Below, in pieces: positions 28,881-39,604 of a stretch of DNA of 46,843 nt. Position 1 is the stretch's first letter. Every line of letters starts with the position of its first letter. The notes under the pieces were generated by a model, which saw only the letters and a program-made list of their open reading frames with translations, ran no database searches and had not been told where the DNA came from. Source of the stretch: an uncultured Flavobacteriaceae bacterium (GTDB taxonomy: Bacteria > Bacteroidota > Bacteroidia > Flavobacteriales > Flavobacteriaceae). A program made the position numbers and the translations under genes. Location: positions 1 through 46,843 of the forward strand of contig CAZBCH010000302.1 in assembly GCA_964490235.1 (NCBI GenBank). The letters run 5' to 3'.

Positions 28881-29752
28881 TCCGCATATTTACGTAAACC
28901 TTGAGGTAAGGAAACTTGTGGTTGAAAACCTAAATCGGTTATTTTATTTATTTGAGCTACCCAATTAATAGGGTCTCCTATTCTATTGGTTCCTTTGAAC
29001 TTTATCGTTCCTGTATAATTTAATTCTTTGTAAAAGGTAGTTACCACTTCTTTAATAGAAGTTTCTAATCCTGTTCCTAAATTAAGTGATTCTCCATTAA
29101 AAGAATGTTCAGTGGCAATTATTTTCAATGCATGGACTAAATCAGATATATATATAAAATCTCTCGTTTCATTTCCCGTACCGAATAACTCTACTTCATT
29201 TTTATCTATTGATTTTTTATATAAATCCCAAAATAATTGCTTCTTTAAACCAGGACCGTAAGCAGAGAAAACACGAACTGAGCAAGTATTTAAATTATAT
29301 AACTTATGAAATTCTTTACAAACATTCTCTGCCATGTCTTTATGGAAACCATACGGTGAAACAGGATTTAGAAGTTGAGATTCTACCACTGGTAAGGATG
29401 CCGGATTACCATAAACGGCAGCGCTACTTAAGTTTATGAATTTACATGATGCGTTTAATAGTCTTATGCCATCTAATATTTTAAAAACGTTCAAAACGTT
29501 GAGATTAAAATCTCTTAAAGGTTGTTTTACAGAATCTGGAACGCTAGCTGCACCAGAACAGTTGATACACAAATCATAGTTATGATTTTCAAAACATGAT
29601 TTATAATCAGCATTTACAGTGTCGATTAAGAAGTAATTTGCATTATCATAGTCGGTAACGACATCACATTCAAAAACTTGAGCAAATGAAGAAAAATAGT
29701 CCACACAATGTGATCCTATAAAACCTTTTGAGCCTATTATTAATACGTTCAT
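28865..29752 (-). CDS. NAD-dependent epimerase/dehydratase
   Basis: GSKGFIG, SSAAVYG and YGFHK (YxxxK) motifs. Confidence 0.9.
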   Translation of the reverse strand: MNVLIIGSKGFIGSHCVDYFSSFAQVFECDVVTDYDNANYFLIDTVNADYKSCFENHNYDLCINCSGAASVPDSVKQPLRDFNLNVLNVFKILDGIRLLNASCKFINLSSAAVYGNPASLPVVESQLLNPVSPYGFHKDMAENVCKEFHKLYNLNTCSVRVFSAYGPGLKKQLFWDLYKKSIDKNEVELFGTGNETRDFIYISDLVHALKIIATEHSFNGESLNLGTGLETSIKEVVTTFYKELNYTGTIKFKGTNRIGDPINWVAQINKITDLGFQPQVSLPQGLRKYAEWLKK

Positions 29753-30606
29753 TATTTTAAAACTATATAACTATAAATGCGTCCTGGTACTTTCTTTTCA
29801 TTTAAAGGACGGAACTTAAACAACATTTTATAAATGTCAAATATGAATCCAGTAGTCCCTATAAACCCTAATTTATCCTTAAGCTTTCTTCTTATACGCT
29901 GTTCTTCTTCTTGTACTAGGTTATCAAGTGATTCCTTTGTTTCTGGAAAATAATTTAAAACACTATCGTAATGCTTTAATTCTTTGATAATCCTTCCTCC
30001 TGCTAATTCTATAGCATTTCTATATTGTCCACTTGTAAAAGCATTCTCGCCACCATAAAACTTATGTAATGGATGTGATTTTAAAAACCACTTTTTGTCA
30101 TTAGCATCAAATATAACATGATCTCTTACAGTAAGAAGTAAGCCACCATGTTTAAGTACTCGCAAACACTCTCCTATAAACTTATTCAAGTCATTAGAAT
30201 GATGCACAGCTTGTCTTACATAAACAATGTCAAAGCTGTTATCTTTAAATTTGATGTCTTCAGCAAATTCTTCATAAATTTCAATATTATTAAGGTTATG
30301 TTTTGCTTTCATTATCTTGATCGCTCCAGCACCTACGGTGTCACTAGCATCTGGTTCTACAGCGCTTACTTGATAGCCTTTTAAGGCAAAGTTTATGGAG
30401 CTTATTCCATTACCGCAACCTATATCAAGAATACGTGTTGCATCAGGTGCGTATTCTTTAATGATCGCAAGTGTTTCAATGAACTCATGGCTATTGCCAA
30501 AGTTTTTTACATTAAAATCTAGATCTTCATGAAAATAGGCTTTCTCCACGAGGTCTTGATACTCAGGTTTAGTTCTTATAAAAGTAATGGTTTCTTCCCA
30601 AGTCAT
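29752..30606 (-). CDS. Class I SAM-dependent methyltransferase
   Basis: ILDIGCGNG, SFDIV and RVLKHGG motifs. Confidence 0.88.
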   Translation of the reverse strand: MTWEETITFIRTKPEYQDLVEKAYFHEDLDFNVKNFGNSHEFIETLAIIKEYAPDATRILDIGCGNGISSINFALKGYQVSAVEPDASDTVGAGAIKIMKAKHNLNNIEIYEEFAEDIKFKDNSFDIVYVRQAVHHSNDLNKFIGECLRVLKHGGLLLTVRDHVIFDANDKKWFLKSHPLHKFYGGENAFTSGQYRNAIELAGGRIIKELKHYDSVLNYFPETKESLDNLVQEEEQRIRRKLKDKLGFIGTTGFIFDIYKMLFKFRPLNEKKVPGRIYSYIVLK

Positions 30607-30608
30607 GT

Positions 30609-31235
30609 TTATGATTTTAACTCTTTAACTATTTGAGCAGGATTACCAGCAACCACAGTGAATGGTGCAACATCTTTTGTAACAACGCTACCAGATGCCA
30701 CTACTGCACCTTTACCTATGGTTACACCTTTTAAAATGATACAATTAAATCCTATCCAACTTTTATCTTCTACGACTATAGGTTTAGATTTTACGTGAGA
30801 CCAATCTTTAAATTTGCCTATTTGGTTTGAATCATAACCTTCTTTCCAGTCTTTCACATCATTCTTACGCTCTTCCCAAACTACGGAGTGCGCATCAGTA
30901 TCCATGAAAGTACAACCCCAAGAAATTAATACATCATTTCCAATAGTAATGCGCGCGGCCGATATAAATCTACTACTTCCTATAAAAGTGTTGTCACCTA
31001 TACTAATAAAGCCACTTGAGCTCTCAGAAATATAACTACCACCTATTAAACTATTCTTTCCTATTTGAACAAATAATGGGTTTTGAAATAGAATAGATCT
31101 AGAAATTGACAGATTATCTAAACTAGAATTTTCTCCTACTTGAAGCCATCCTTTTTCTGCATAGACTTCATAGCGGCTCTTTTTTGGTGCTTTTTTCTTG
31201 AATTTATTAAAAATACGTTGAAGTATTTTATTCAT
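30609..31235 (-). CDS. Hexapeptide-repeat acyltransferase
   Basis: [15 protein letters not shown] and VAGNPA motifs. Confidence 0.88.
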   Translation of the reverse strand: MNKILQRIFNKFKKKAPKKSRYEVYAEKGWLQVGENSSLDNLSISRSILFQNPLFVQIGKNSLIGGSYISESSSGFISIGDNTFIGSSRFISAARITIGNDVLISWGCTFMDTDAHSVVWEERKNDVKDWKEGYDSNQIGKFKDWSHVKSKPIVVEDKSWIGFNCIILKGVTIGKGAVVASGSVVTKDVAPFTVVAGNPAQIVKELKS

Positions 31236-31241
31236 TATACA

Positions 31242-32186
31242 TTATTTAATGATTCGTTTAAATTGATTTATTAAACGATTTTTAATTAAAAAGAGTTTTG
31301 ATTTATTTGAGATGCTTTTAGCCTCAAACATTTGTGATCTAAAGCTTTTTTTGAATATATTTTTAACATCTTCACGCACAATGATAGGTTCGCTCTGGAC
31401 ATTTATTAACTCATCTGAAACAGATATTTTACTAAAAAAATCCTCAATCTCACAATGTTGTCCAGAATTATCAAAACCAATGTTTTGAATCAATGATAAA
31501 TTAGGAAATAAAAACAATTTATTTTTAAGAAACATAGAAGTATGAAATCTGATTGCCCATGAATCATTATTTCCTTTCACTTGATTTTCTAACATCTCAT
31601 AATAAGGGTAATTTCCAAAATTTATTTTTTTCATGAGCTGACGTTTTTTAATATCCGCTAACAAAAATTTTCCATCAAAATTAACTTCATTCCAGCGATC
31701 TAACCAAGTTCCAAAACTCCAAGAACTTGAAATCGGTAAAAAATATGTTACTGGTTTTATTTTTTCTAAGGTTGGAAATTTATAACCTGAAACACCAAAA
31801 ACTTTAGTATCGTTCGCATACAATTCAAGAGACTCATTCATGAATCTTAAAAAGTACTTACCAGTTACGATATCGTCCTCTAACACTATTACTTTACCAA
31901 ATTTATTAATTACTTTTGTCACACCATCAATTATAGAATTTGCTAAACCTTTATTTTTATCCTCATATTTGATAGTAATTTCTTTACACCAATTCTGCTC
32001 CATCAACACGCTCCTAGTAGACTTTACATTATCGAGGTCTTTAGAAGATACATCATTTTTAGGTCCGTCTGCAAAAACAAACAATTTGGAGTGCTGAGCT
32101 AGTTCGTTTTTTGACAACGCCATTAAAGTGCGCCTTGTATGATCAGGTCTATTGTATACAAATAAAACTATGGGCGCTAAATTCAT
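31242..32186 (-). CDS. GT-A-fold glycosyltransferase; start moved to MNLAP
   Basis: LFVYNRP, VIVLEDD and NIGFD motifs. A start at 32186 avoids overlap with the upstream gene. Confidence 0.82.
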   Translation of the reverse strand: MNLAPIVLFVYNRPDHTRRTLMALSKNELAQHSKLFVFADGPKNDVSSKDLDNVKSTRSVLMEQNWCKEITIKYEDKNKGLANSIIDGVTKVINKFGKVIVLEDDIVTGKYFLRFMNESLELYANDTKVFGVSGYKFPTLEKIKPVTYFLPISSSWSFGTWLDRWNEVNFDGKFLLADIKKRQLMKKINFGNYPYYEMLENQVKGNNDSWAIRFHTSMFLKNKLFLFPNLSLIQNIGFDNSGQHCEIEDFFSKISVSDELINVQSEPIIVREDVKNIFKKSFRSQMFEAKSISNKSKLFLIKNRLINQFKRIIK

Positions 32187-32187
32187 A

Positions 32188-32931
32188 TTAAGGACGATTA
32201 TCTTTAAAAAACAAAGTATTAAATGTCTTTGCTGCGAAAGAATAGTCTTGGTTTTTAAGGAATTTATACATTTCACTACTATTTATAAAATTCTCTATCG
32301 ATTGCTTCTTCAAATCTTCTACCAAGAGTAAACCAGGCCTATATTTCTCCCAATCATTTGATTTCAAAACATCTAGATCAAGTCCTTCAACATCTATAGT
32401 CATAAAATCTATAAGTGTTCCTGACTTAATATATTTATCTAAAATAGAGCTTAATGGATAAGTCCTTATTTTTCTTTGTTCTATAATTTTATAAATACTT
32501 AGACCACCTTTCTTTTGAGCTTCTTCTTTAGAAAATGTATTTAATGCAGGCTCATTAAACATATAATAAATTAGTTCCTGCTCTTCAAGTGAAACTCCTG
32601 CTTCAATATTTATATCATTAGGTCTTTGCGTATTGAATTTATCCATTATACCTGGTAACGGATCTACATTAATACCACTCCAGCCTTTCTCATAAAATGA
32701 AAATGTATTGGAAAAACGAGTTGGGTGATGAGCGCCAATATCGATATAAAAACCTTTTTCTTTATTATTTAAAAATCTTTTAATTAATAGATCTTCACCT
32801 TCTTGCGCATAAGAAATATTAGCAAATTCCATTGATCTCAATTCAGTTTTCAGAAATAGATTGTAATAAAACTTTTTGAGTTTGATCGGAGTAATTTTAT
32901 TCAAAAGATATTTTAAAAATTTATGTATCAT
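32188..32931 (-). CDS. FkbM-family methyltransferase
   Basis: SYAQEGED, DIGAHHP and IDVEG motifs. Confidence 0.88.
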   Translation of the reverse strand: MIHKFLKYLLNKITPIKLKKFYYNLFLKTELRSMEFANISYAQEGEDLLIKRFLNNKEKGFYIDIGAHHPTRFSNTFSFYEKGWSGINVDPLPGIMDKFNTQRPNDINIEAGVSLEEQELIYYMFNEPALNTFSKEEAQKKGGLSIYKIIEQRKIRTYPLSSILDKYIKSGTLIDFMTIDVEGLDLDVLKSNDWEKYRPGLLLVEDLKKQSIENFINSSEMYKFLKNQDYSFAAKTFNTLFFKDNRP

Positions 32932-33683
32932 TTTGAATAACCATATTTAAAAAAGTATTCCTCAGCATGTTTAAAAAAATAAACTAACTCTTCTTCACTC
33001 ATGTCTTTATCCCAGCGTCTTGTAGTTTTAAAAAGCCCTTGATTTATTTGCCAATTACGATTTTTCATATGACGTTCATGGGAATGGCTCTCTAAAGTAT
33101 CTATTTCACTTTTAGTTATTTTACCTCTATCGTAAAATGTTTTCACTTCATTTCCTTGTTTCGATAAAATTTTATTATCAAAATTAATATTGATAAAATC
33201 AAAGATAAATTTCATAGTATCCATTGGATTGGCAACTAAGTCTTCCAATTTAATAAACTCGACATTATCGTTGTTTATAAATTCATAAGCTTTTTCGTTA
33301 GAGCTAATCCATCTACTCACACCTTCCTCAAAATTACCTGTTCGTTCTTTTATTGAGCAAGCAACATCTCTCCCATCTCTAACCATCACAATGATTTTAG
33401 CATCTGGATATGTATTAATGATAAAATCAATCTTTTCTACATGTTTAGGAGTTTTTTCTACTAAAGCTTTCTTATTTTCAAGTTTTGCAAGCTTTGTTTT
33501 CTCTCTAAAAAAGTTTTTTACTTCTCTCTTTTTTTTGAAAAAAATACCAGTCTCATTTGGGATTACTTGAATAGACTCGTGATTATCAAGTAATGATAAC
33601 ATAATAGATGTACCACTATGACCACAACCAACTATAAATATCTTTGTTACTGTATTATTCTGACTTTTAAAAAAATTCAACAT
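32928..33683 (-). CDS. PAPS-dependent sulfotransferase
   Basis: 5'-PSB GCGHSGTS, EKTP and 3'-PB RDGRDVACS motifs. Confidence 0.88.
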   Translation of the reverse strand: MLNFFKSQNNTVTKIFIVGCGHSGTSIMLSLLDNHESIQVIPNETGIFFKKKREVKNFFREKTKLAKLENKKALVEKTPKHVEKIDFIINTYPDAKIIVMVRDGRDVACSIKERTGNFEEGVSRWISSNEKAYEFINNDNVEFIKLEDLVANPMDTMKFIFDFININFDNKILSKQGNEVKTFYDRGKITKSEIDTLESHSHERHMKNRNWQINQGLFKTTRRWDKDMSEEELVYFFKHAEEYFFKYGYSK

Positions 33684-33695
33684 AATTAAATTTAT

Positions 33696-34970
33696 TTATA
33701 ATTTGTCCCATCCATATTCAATTAATACACCTTTATTATTATCTGGAAGGACACCAGTTCCATAAAAATCAGACGCAACTACATCTAGATAACCAGCATC
33801 GTTAATCCAATCGGCTATTTCATTTTGAATTTCAGCGAATAAATTGAATTTATATCTACCTTCTTTTAATGGTAATTTTGGGATTCTACATACCAATGTG
33901 CCTTTCTCTTGAATATCAATTTCTGTATTTAAGATATTTGTTGGACAGTTAAACAATAAAGTGTCATAATTATCTCTTACTCCAACTGATATCCTACACT
34001 TTTTGATTGATATAGCTTTTCTAGAAATATAATCTAAATGTATTTCTATAGGCGAGCCTGATTGGACTGTGTTACCTGATAATTTATAATTTAAATCCAT
34101 GATTTTATATCCAACAAATTGAAAAACGCCGTTACCTTTGCGTTCCAAATTTGTCAAATTAGATGACTGGATTTTTGAGCTACTTTTTAAATACTCTGCA
34201 ATCACTTCATCTACAGTGCCTTCTATAGCGATCCCTCCATTGTTGAGCATTATAGCACTGGTACACAAATTCTGTATACTAGCCATATTATGACTTACAA
34301 AAAGAACTGTTCTACCGCTGGTATTTGAAATATCTTGCATCTTCCCTATGGCCTTTTTTTGAAACTCTACATCACCCACGGCAAGTACTTCATCTACCAC
34401 AAGAATATCTGGCTCTAGAAAAGCAGCAACTGCAAATCCTAGACGTACTCGCATACCACTAGAATAACGCTTTACAGGTGTATCAATGTACATCTGGCAA
34501 CCTGAGAATTCTATAATCTCATCAATCTTACAAGAGATCTCTGTCTTATTCATTCCTAAAATTGCACCGTTTAAGTAAATATTTTCTCTACCGGTAAGTT
34601 CTGGATGCATTCCTGTTCCTACTTCTAGTAAACTGGCTATACGGCCTTTAGTTTTGATACTTCCTGTGGTAGGACTCGTTACTCTAGAAAGTATTTTTAA
34701 TAGTGTAGATTTACCAGCGCCGTTTTTACCTATGATACCTAGGATCTCTCCGCGCTTTACTTCAAAGTTGATATCTTGTAACGCCCATACATAATCTGAG
34801 CTTGCCGTCGCACTGCGATCATTTACAGCACCTATTTGTAAGTAAGGATCTTCTTTACCTCGTATTTTATGCCAGAACCTATTTAAATCATGGGTTAAAG
34901 TTCCTGTACCTACTAATCCCAGACGGTATTGCTTTGAGATATTGTCTACTTTTAAAATTACATCGTCCAT
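33696..34970 (-). CDS. wzt: Polysaccharide ABC transporter ATPase with C-terminal Wzt_C domain
   Basis: GKNGAGKST, YSSGM and DEVLAVGD motifs plus a long C-terminal extension. Confidence 0.93.
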   Translation of the reverse strand: MDDVILKVDNISKQYRLGLVGTGTLTHDLNRFWHKIRGKEDPYLQIGAVNDRSATASSDYVWALQDINFEVKRGEILGIIGKNGAGKSTLLKILSRVTSPTTGSIKTKGRIASLLEVGTGMHPELTGRENIYLNGAILGMNKTEISCKIDEIIEFSGCQMYIDTPVKRYSSGMRVRLGFAVAAFLEPDILVVDEVLAVGDVEFQKKAIGKMQDISNTSGRTVLFVSHNMASIQNLCTSAIMLNNGGIAIEGTVDEVIAEYLKSSSKIQSSNLTNLERKGNGVFQFVGYKIMDLNYKLSGNTVQSGSPIEIHLDYISRKAISIKKCRISVGVRDNYDTLLFNCPTNILNTEIDIQEKGTLVCRIPKLPLKEGRYKFNLFAEIQNEIADWINDAGYLDVVASDFYGTGVLPDNNKGVLIEYGWDKL

Positions 34971-35830
34971 TATACGGTATCTATAAAAGTTTTTTCAGTG
35001 CGGTTAAAGAAAACTAGTCCTATAAAAAATAACACTATACCTAATCCTAGTCCTATATAAATTCCAATCCAATTCATTTCTAAACTATTGAACCATATGC
35101 TGCGGTAGCTCTCTATAACATAGGCGATAGGATTCCATTCTACTGCCCAGTAATAATCTTTAAGTTTATCTCGAGCTGCATCCATAGAATACATCACAGC
35201 GCTGAGATACATTAATAGATTTAAACCAAAACCTACAAGTAATGATAAGTCGCGATATTTTGTTGTAAAGGCAGATAGTATCATACCTATTCCCATCGCA
35301 ATTAGAATAATATTTAAGAGTATCACAAATATAAATGGTAAGAAAACAGATGGTCTTACTTCCATACCATGGTATGCATAATAGATATAGAATACTAATA
35401 AAATCAACAGCTGAATAGAAAACTTAAGTAAGCCTGATATCACTTTAGACGCAGGAGAAATAAATCTAGGAAAGTACACTTTTCCAAAAATCCCTGCATT
35501 ACTTTTAAAAGAATTACTTGTTGCATTTAAAGATTCCTTAAAATAGGACCAAAGCGTAAGTCCAGTTAGGTTGAATAAAAAATTAGGAATTGCTCCATTA
35601 TCAATTCCAGCGACCTCGTTAAAAATTAAAGTAAATACCACACTGGTAAATAAGGGCTGGATGATAAACCATAACGGTCCTAAAATGGTCTGTTTATAAA
35701 CCGTAACAATATCGCGCTTTATAAAAAGAACTAACAGGTCCCTGTACCTCCAAATCTCTTTAAGATTTAAGTCTATGAACTTACCTTTAGGTTTAATCTC
35801 GTAGAGCCACTCCTCCGTATTACTACTCAT
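34970..35830 (-). CDS. wzm: Polysaccharide ABC transporter permease
   Basis: YKQTILGPLW, KVYFPR and NP motifs with multiple TM segments. Confidence 0.93.
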   Translation of the reverse strand: MSSNTEEWLYEIKPKGKFIDLNLKEIWRYRDLLVLFIKRDIVTVYKQTILGPLWFIIQPLFTSVVFTLIFNEVAGIDNGAIPNFLFNLTGLTLWSYFKESLNATSNSFKSNAGIFGKVYFPRFISPASKVISGLLKFSIQLLILLVFYIYYAYHGMEVRPSVFLPFIFVILLNIILIAMGIGMILSAFTTKYRDLSLLVGFGLNLLMYLSAVMYSMDAARDKLKDYYWAVEWNPIAYVIESYRSIWFNSLEMNWIGIYIGLGLGIVLFFIGLVFFNRTEKTFIDTV

Positions 35831-36065
35831 ATTGATTTATTTGCTCTTTGTAGCAAATGTTACTATAATTAAATTAATTCAAAAATTAGATTGAAGTTTT
35901 ATCAATTAATCAGACAAAAATAATGTTTTAAACTTCAACGAAGTTACTTTTTGAACTTCTCATAAATATCATATTACAGTTATTTTATTATTGCTACATG
36001 CAAGCTATCAAATACTAAAAATTTTAATTTGTATGAGGATTGCTTTCTTACTTACTATTGATTTT

Positions 36066-37031
36066 TTAAAATTTTTTTTTAAGCTTTAATTTTGCGTTCT
36101 TCAATTTTGTCGCTATCCAATATATATGTCTCTTATAGGTTTTTGAAACTGGAGTTTTAACTTTAGAATCGTCAATGCACAAGGATATAAAATCTAGTAA
36201 GTGATTTAGATCAAAAAACTCTGGTGTTTGCGCATTTTTAAATATTGGTTGTTGTATAATCTCCATAAACTTTTTATCGTTTGAGTCTATCTCTAAAATG
36301 GTATTGATCAAATCCTCAGTATTTGAAAAATCATCGTAATTGAGAAACCTTTTTGGGTTAAACACCCCATTAACCGTTGGGTCACCAAAATAGATAGGTA
36401 TGGAATCACTTAAAAGGGCATCGGTTATTTTTTCTGTACAATAACCTTTTTCTTTCTCGTTTTCAAAGGCAAACACAAACTTATGCTTTTTACAAAAACT
36501 ATTTTTATCTTTTACAGGACCACCTACATTATTCTCAAACCTTCCACCAGAATTTACTTTTTTAACTTTATTCAATTCTCTAAAGAAGTGATTGCGCACC
36601 AGTCCCAAGCCATTAGAAACAACGGTACAACAAAATTGCGTTTTAGAATCTAAAATATCCTGAGCCTCCTGTTGATTATATATTTTTTCAAGGTTAGGTA
36701 GTTTATTTGCTTCAATAACTCTTAGCACATAATAAGGAAGGTAATATTGTTTATGAGTAGCTAGCTTCTCAAAAGTGATAGAGTAGTCACAAGCATCAAA
36801 ATTAGATTTCCGATTTTCTCCAGTATAAAACAATTTAGCACAAGAATACTTTGCATGCCCATTGCCAAAGCAGGAATAAATTAAAAAATCAGGAGTGTCA
36901 GAAATTTCTAAATCATATCGCTTACTTAATAATTGATGAAAAATGTTATTTTGATTTTGAAAATCAGGCCACATATCAGCATAATTAATTCTTAGCTTTT
37001 CCTTGTATGGTTTAGAATCTCTGGCACACAT
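36066..37031 (-). CDS. GT10 alpha-1,3/1,4-fucosyltransferase-like protein
   Basis: YTGEN, VVSN and KFVFAFEN...GYCTEKITDA...IPIYFG signature. Confidence 0.88.
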   Translation of the reverse strand: MCARDSKPYKEKLRINYADMWPDFQNQNNIFHQLLSKRYDLEISDTPDFLIYSCFGNGHAKYSCAKLFYTGENRKSNFDACDYSITFEKLATHKQYYLPYYVLRVIEANKLPNLEKIYNQQEAQDILDSKTQFCCTVVSNGLGLVRNHFFRELNKVKKVNSGGRFENNVGGPVKDKNSFCKKHKFVFAFENEKEKGYCTEKITDALLSDSIPIYFGDPTVNGVFNPKRFLNYDDFSNTEDLINTILEIDSNDKKFMEIIQQPIFKNAQTPEFFDLNHLLDFISLCIDDSKVKTPVSKTYKRHIYWIATKLKNAKLKLKKKF

Positions 37032-37106
37032 TAATTAAATCTTTGAATATTTATTATTTCAATTTCATTCTCATAATCATGATGTATTGAATATAGGTAT
37101 ATGGAA

Positions 37107-37122
37107 CGCTTTCGCGAAAGCG
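37107..37122. repeat. 16-bp palindrome, perfect, 6 nt downstream of the wzc stop
   Basis: cgctttcgcgaaagcg. Confidence 0.95.
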
Positions 37123-37128
37123 AGATCA

Positions 37129-39603
37129 TTACTTCTTTTTACTAATAAATGACTTCAATGCGCTTGTTATTTTACTTAAAAAGCCTTGTTTGGCGTCATT
37201 TTCATGGTAACCATTTCCATAAGCCCCATAACCATAGCCGTAACCATAACCATAACCGTAACCGTAGCCATACTTACCGCGTTCATTAAGATAGTTAAAA
37301 ACAAAACTAATATTTTTCACTTCTTTACGTGTAAACTTTTCATTAACTACATCCAGCATACCACGTTTAGTATATCCTTGACGTATCAGGTATAATGAAG
37401 CATCGGCATACTTAGCAATTTCTAAGGCATCGGCTACAAGCCCTAAAGGTGGCGTGTCTAAAATGATGTAATCATAGTCTTTTTTAAGTTGTTCGATCAT
37501 CTCACCGGCACGTCTGGACATAATCAATTCACTAGGATTAGGAGGCACAGGACCAGAAAGGATAATGTCTAAATTCTCCATTCCAGCAGAGCGTATGATG
37601 TCGTTTAAGTCGCAGTCATTCACTAAGTAATTAGAAACTCCTAAGTCATTATCAATATTAAAGTCGTCAAATATCTTAGGCTTTCTTAAATCCATCCCCA
37701 CCAGAACTGTACGCTTGCCACTCAACGCAAATACGGTGGCAAGATTTATACTAGTAAAAGTTTTACCTTCTCCGCTTACACTACTGGTAACCATTATGGT
37801 ACGGGACCCATATAAAGATTCTTGATCATAAATAAAATGCAAACTAGAACGTATACCTCTAAAAGATTCGGCAATAGTAGATTTAGGCTTATCGCGCACT
37901 ATTAAGTTAGTAGGATGATCCATTTTACCTACAACCCCTATAAGAGGTATTTTAGATAGCCTTTCTACATCCTTAGGAGCGTTGATATAATTATCTAAGA
38001 TAGTAAGTACAAAAGCAAGTGTGATAGGTATAGTAAACCCTATAAGCAAAGCTATTAAATAATTAATATTAGAATCTTTGCGAGTCCCTGGACTGCCAGT
38101 ATCCTTTGCCTCGTCTATCACAAAAATATCAGACACGTTAGCCGCTTTAACCAGTTCTGCTTCGGCTCTTTTGGCCTTAAATACGTTATATGCATTTTGA
38201 TCTATGGCAAACTGTCGTTGTATTCTTAAATATTCTTGTTGCTCTTTAGGTAATTTTTTAATTTGAACCTCTACCTTGTTAATTTGCACGAGCAGTTCAT
38301 TCAACTCTGCATTGAGCAAGCTTTTAGAACTACTTATATTCTCATATATGATATCTTTAATAGCATTAATATCTCGATCTATTTCTCTAAAAATAGGAGC
38401 ATCAGGTCGCATAGCAAACTCGCGTCTTTTACGCTCTTCAGAAAGACTTATTAATCTTCCTACAGCCGCTGTTATACTTCCTTCTTGTATGCCTACTACA
38501 GATGGTGCTTGAATTAAGGTGTAATCAGTTTTATTTTTTAAGTAAGATTTTAATTGATCGTAATAGTTAAGTTTGCTTTGTAAGCCACGTTTTTGAATTT
38601 CAAAATCGGTCAATCGCTTGTTAAAATCAGAATTTTGAGATACTGCATCTAGCATTTGGGACTTATCTCTGAATTCTTTCATATCCTGCTCAGAGCTTTT
38701 CAAAGCTTGCTCTTGCAACACGAGAGAACTGTCAATATACTTTATCGTACTTACGGCAAATTTATTTTTGCGCTCTAATTCGCCTCGCTCCAGTAGGACA
38801 GAACTCGTATTGATATAATCGATGAGACGTTGTTTGTTCCCACCAGATAATGACAACTCTAATATCGAGGAGCCTTCTGGTTTTTGAATAATAGAAATAC
38901 CTTTGTAGCGATTTACTTGTCCCCAGTAATTACCAAAATTAAAAAGCCATTCGCCACCAGTCGCTATTGTTTTTCCTCGCTTTTCAATTAAAACATGTAA
39001 AAAAGGGAGTTGTATAGAATCTCCAAATTTAAATTGTTGTTTCCAGTCTCCTGTAGGTGTAGCTACGGTAGTATTCTTTTTGAATCCATAATGAAAACCT
39101 GCTGCACTAGGAGTTTCAGAAAACTGTGTAGAAAGTTCAAAATTTTCTTGATCCAGCACTTTTATTCTGATGCGTTTACCATAAAGCTGTGCCTTGCTGG
39201 TGTCTGCATAAATAAAGAAAGGAGTTTGTTTGTAAGCATCTGTATTATAATATTCACCTTCTTTAATGTAATGGATATAATATTGAAGTTCGTCAACTAC
39301 ACTTTCAGCATGAGTTCGAGATTTAAATTGAACAATAGCAGTAGTAACCTTATCTGTGGTCCCACCCCAATTAAATGTAAGGCTTTGATTACTGGTGAAT
39401 AAAGGATTAGAATTGTCTTTAATACTTATTAATGAGCTTACTCTATAAACTGTTTGAATAAACTGATTTTTATAATAGGCATAGCACATCCCTATACCTA
39501 TACATAATATAAACAGCCACCAAAATCTAATGATTTTGATAAAAAACTGTCTTACATCAAATAAACCAGATAAGGAATTTACGTCTTTTTCTTCTTCTTC
39601 CAT
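37129..39603 (-). CDS. wzc: Polysaccharide co-polymerase / BY tyrosine kinase
   Basis: Two TM segments with a coiled coil, SGEGKT, DLRKP, DTPP and a (YG)n tail. Confidence 0.95.
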   Translation of the reverse strand: MEEEEKDVNSLSGLFDVRQFFIKIIRFWWLFILCIGIGMCYAYYKNQFIQTVYRVSSLISIKDNSNPLFTSNQSLTFNWGGTTDKVTTAIVQFKSRTHAESVVDELQYYIHYIKEGEYYNTDAYKQTPFFIYADTSKAQLYGKRIRIKVLDQENFELSTQFSETPSAAGFHYGFKKNTTVATPTGDWKQQFKFGDSIQLPFLHVLIEKRGKTIATGGEWLFNFGNYWGQVNRYKGISIIQKPEGSSILELSLSGGNKQRLIDYINTSSVLLERGELERKNKFAVSTIKYIDSSLVLQEQALKSSEQDMKEFRDKSQMLDAVSQNSDFNKRLTDFEIQKRGLQSKLNYYDQLKSYLKNKTDYTLIQAPSVVGIQEGSITAAVGRLISLSEERKRREFAMRPDAPIFREIDRDINAIKDIIYENISSSKSLLNAELNELLVQINKVEVQIKKLPKEQQEYLRIQRQFAIDQNAYNVFKAKRAEAELVKAANVSDIFVIDEAKDTGSPGTRKDSNINYLIALLIGFTIPITLAFVLTILDNYINAPKDVERLSKIPLIGVVGKMDHPTNLIVRDKPKSTIAESFRGIRSSLHFIYDQESLYGSRTIMVTSSVSGEGKTFTSINLATVFALSGKRTVLVGMDLRKPKIFDDFNIDNDLGVSNYLVNDCDLNDIIRSAGMENLDIILSGPVPPNPSELIMSRRAGEMIEQLKKDYDYIILDTPPLGLVADALEIAKYADASLYLIRQGYTKRGMLDVVNEKFTRKEVKNISFVFNYLNERGKYGYGYGYGYGYGYGYGAYGNGYHENDAKQGFLSKITSALKSFISKKK

Positions 39604-39604
39604 C

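Noticed and set aside
37213-37273. Hexamer-like repeat (ccgtaa/ccataa) in wzc
   Set aside because: It encodes the normal (YG)n tyrosine cluster of BY-kinases, with varied codons.
39010-39402. 130-aa + strand ORF and the other short antisense or overlapping ORFs in the track (e.g. 396-677, 17101-17328, 41858-42103, 45631-45861)
   Set aside because: They are shadows of well-supported genes and carry no recognisable motifs.
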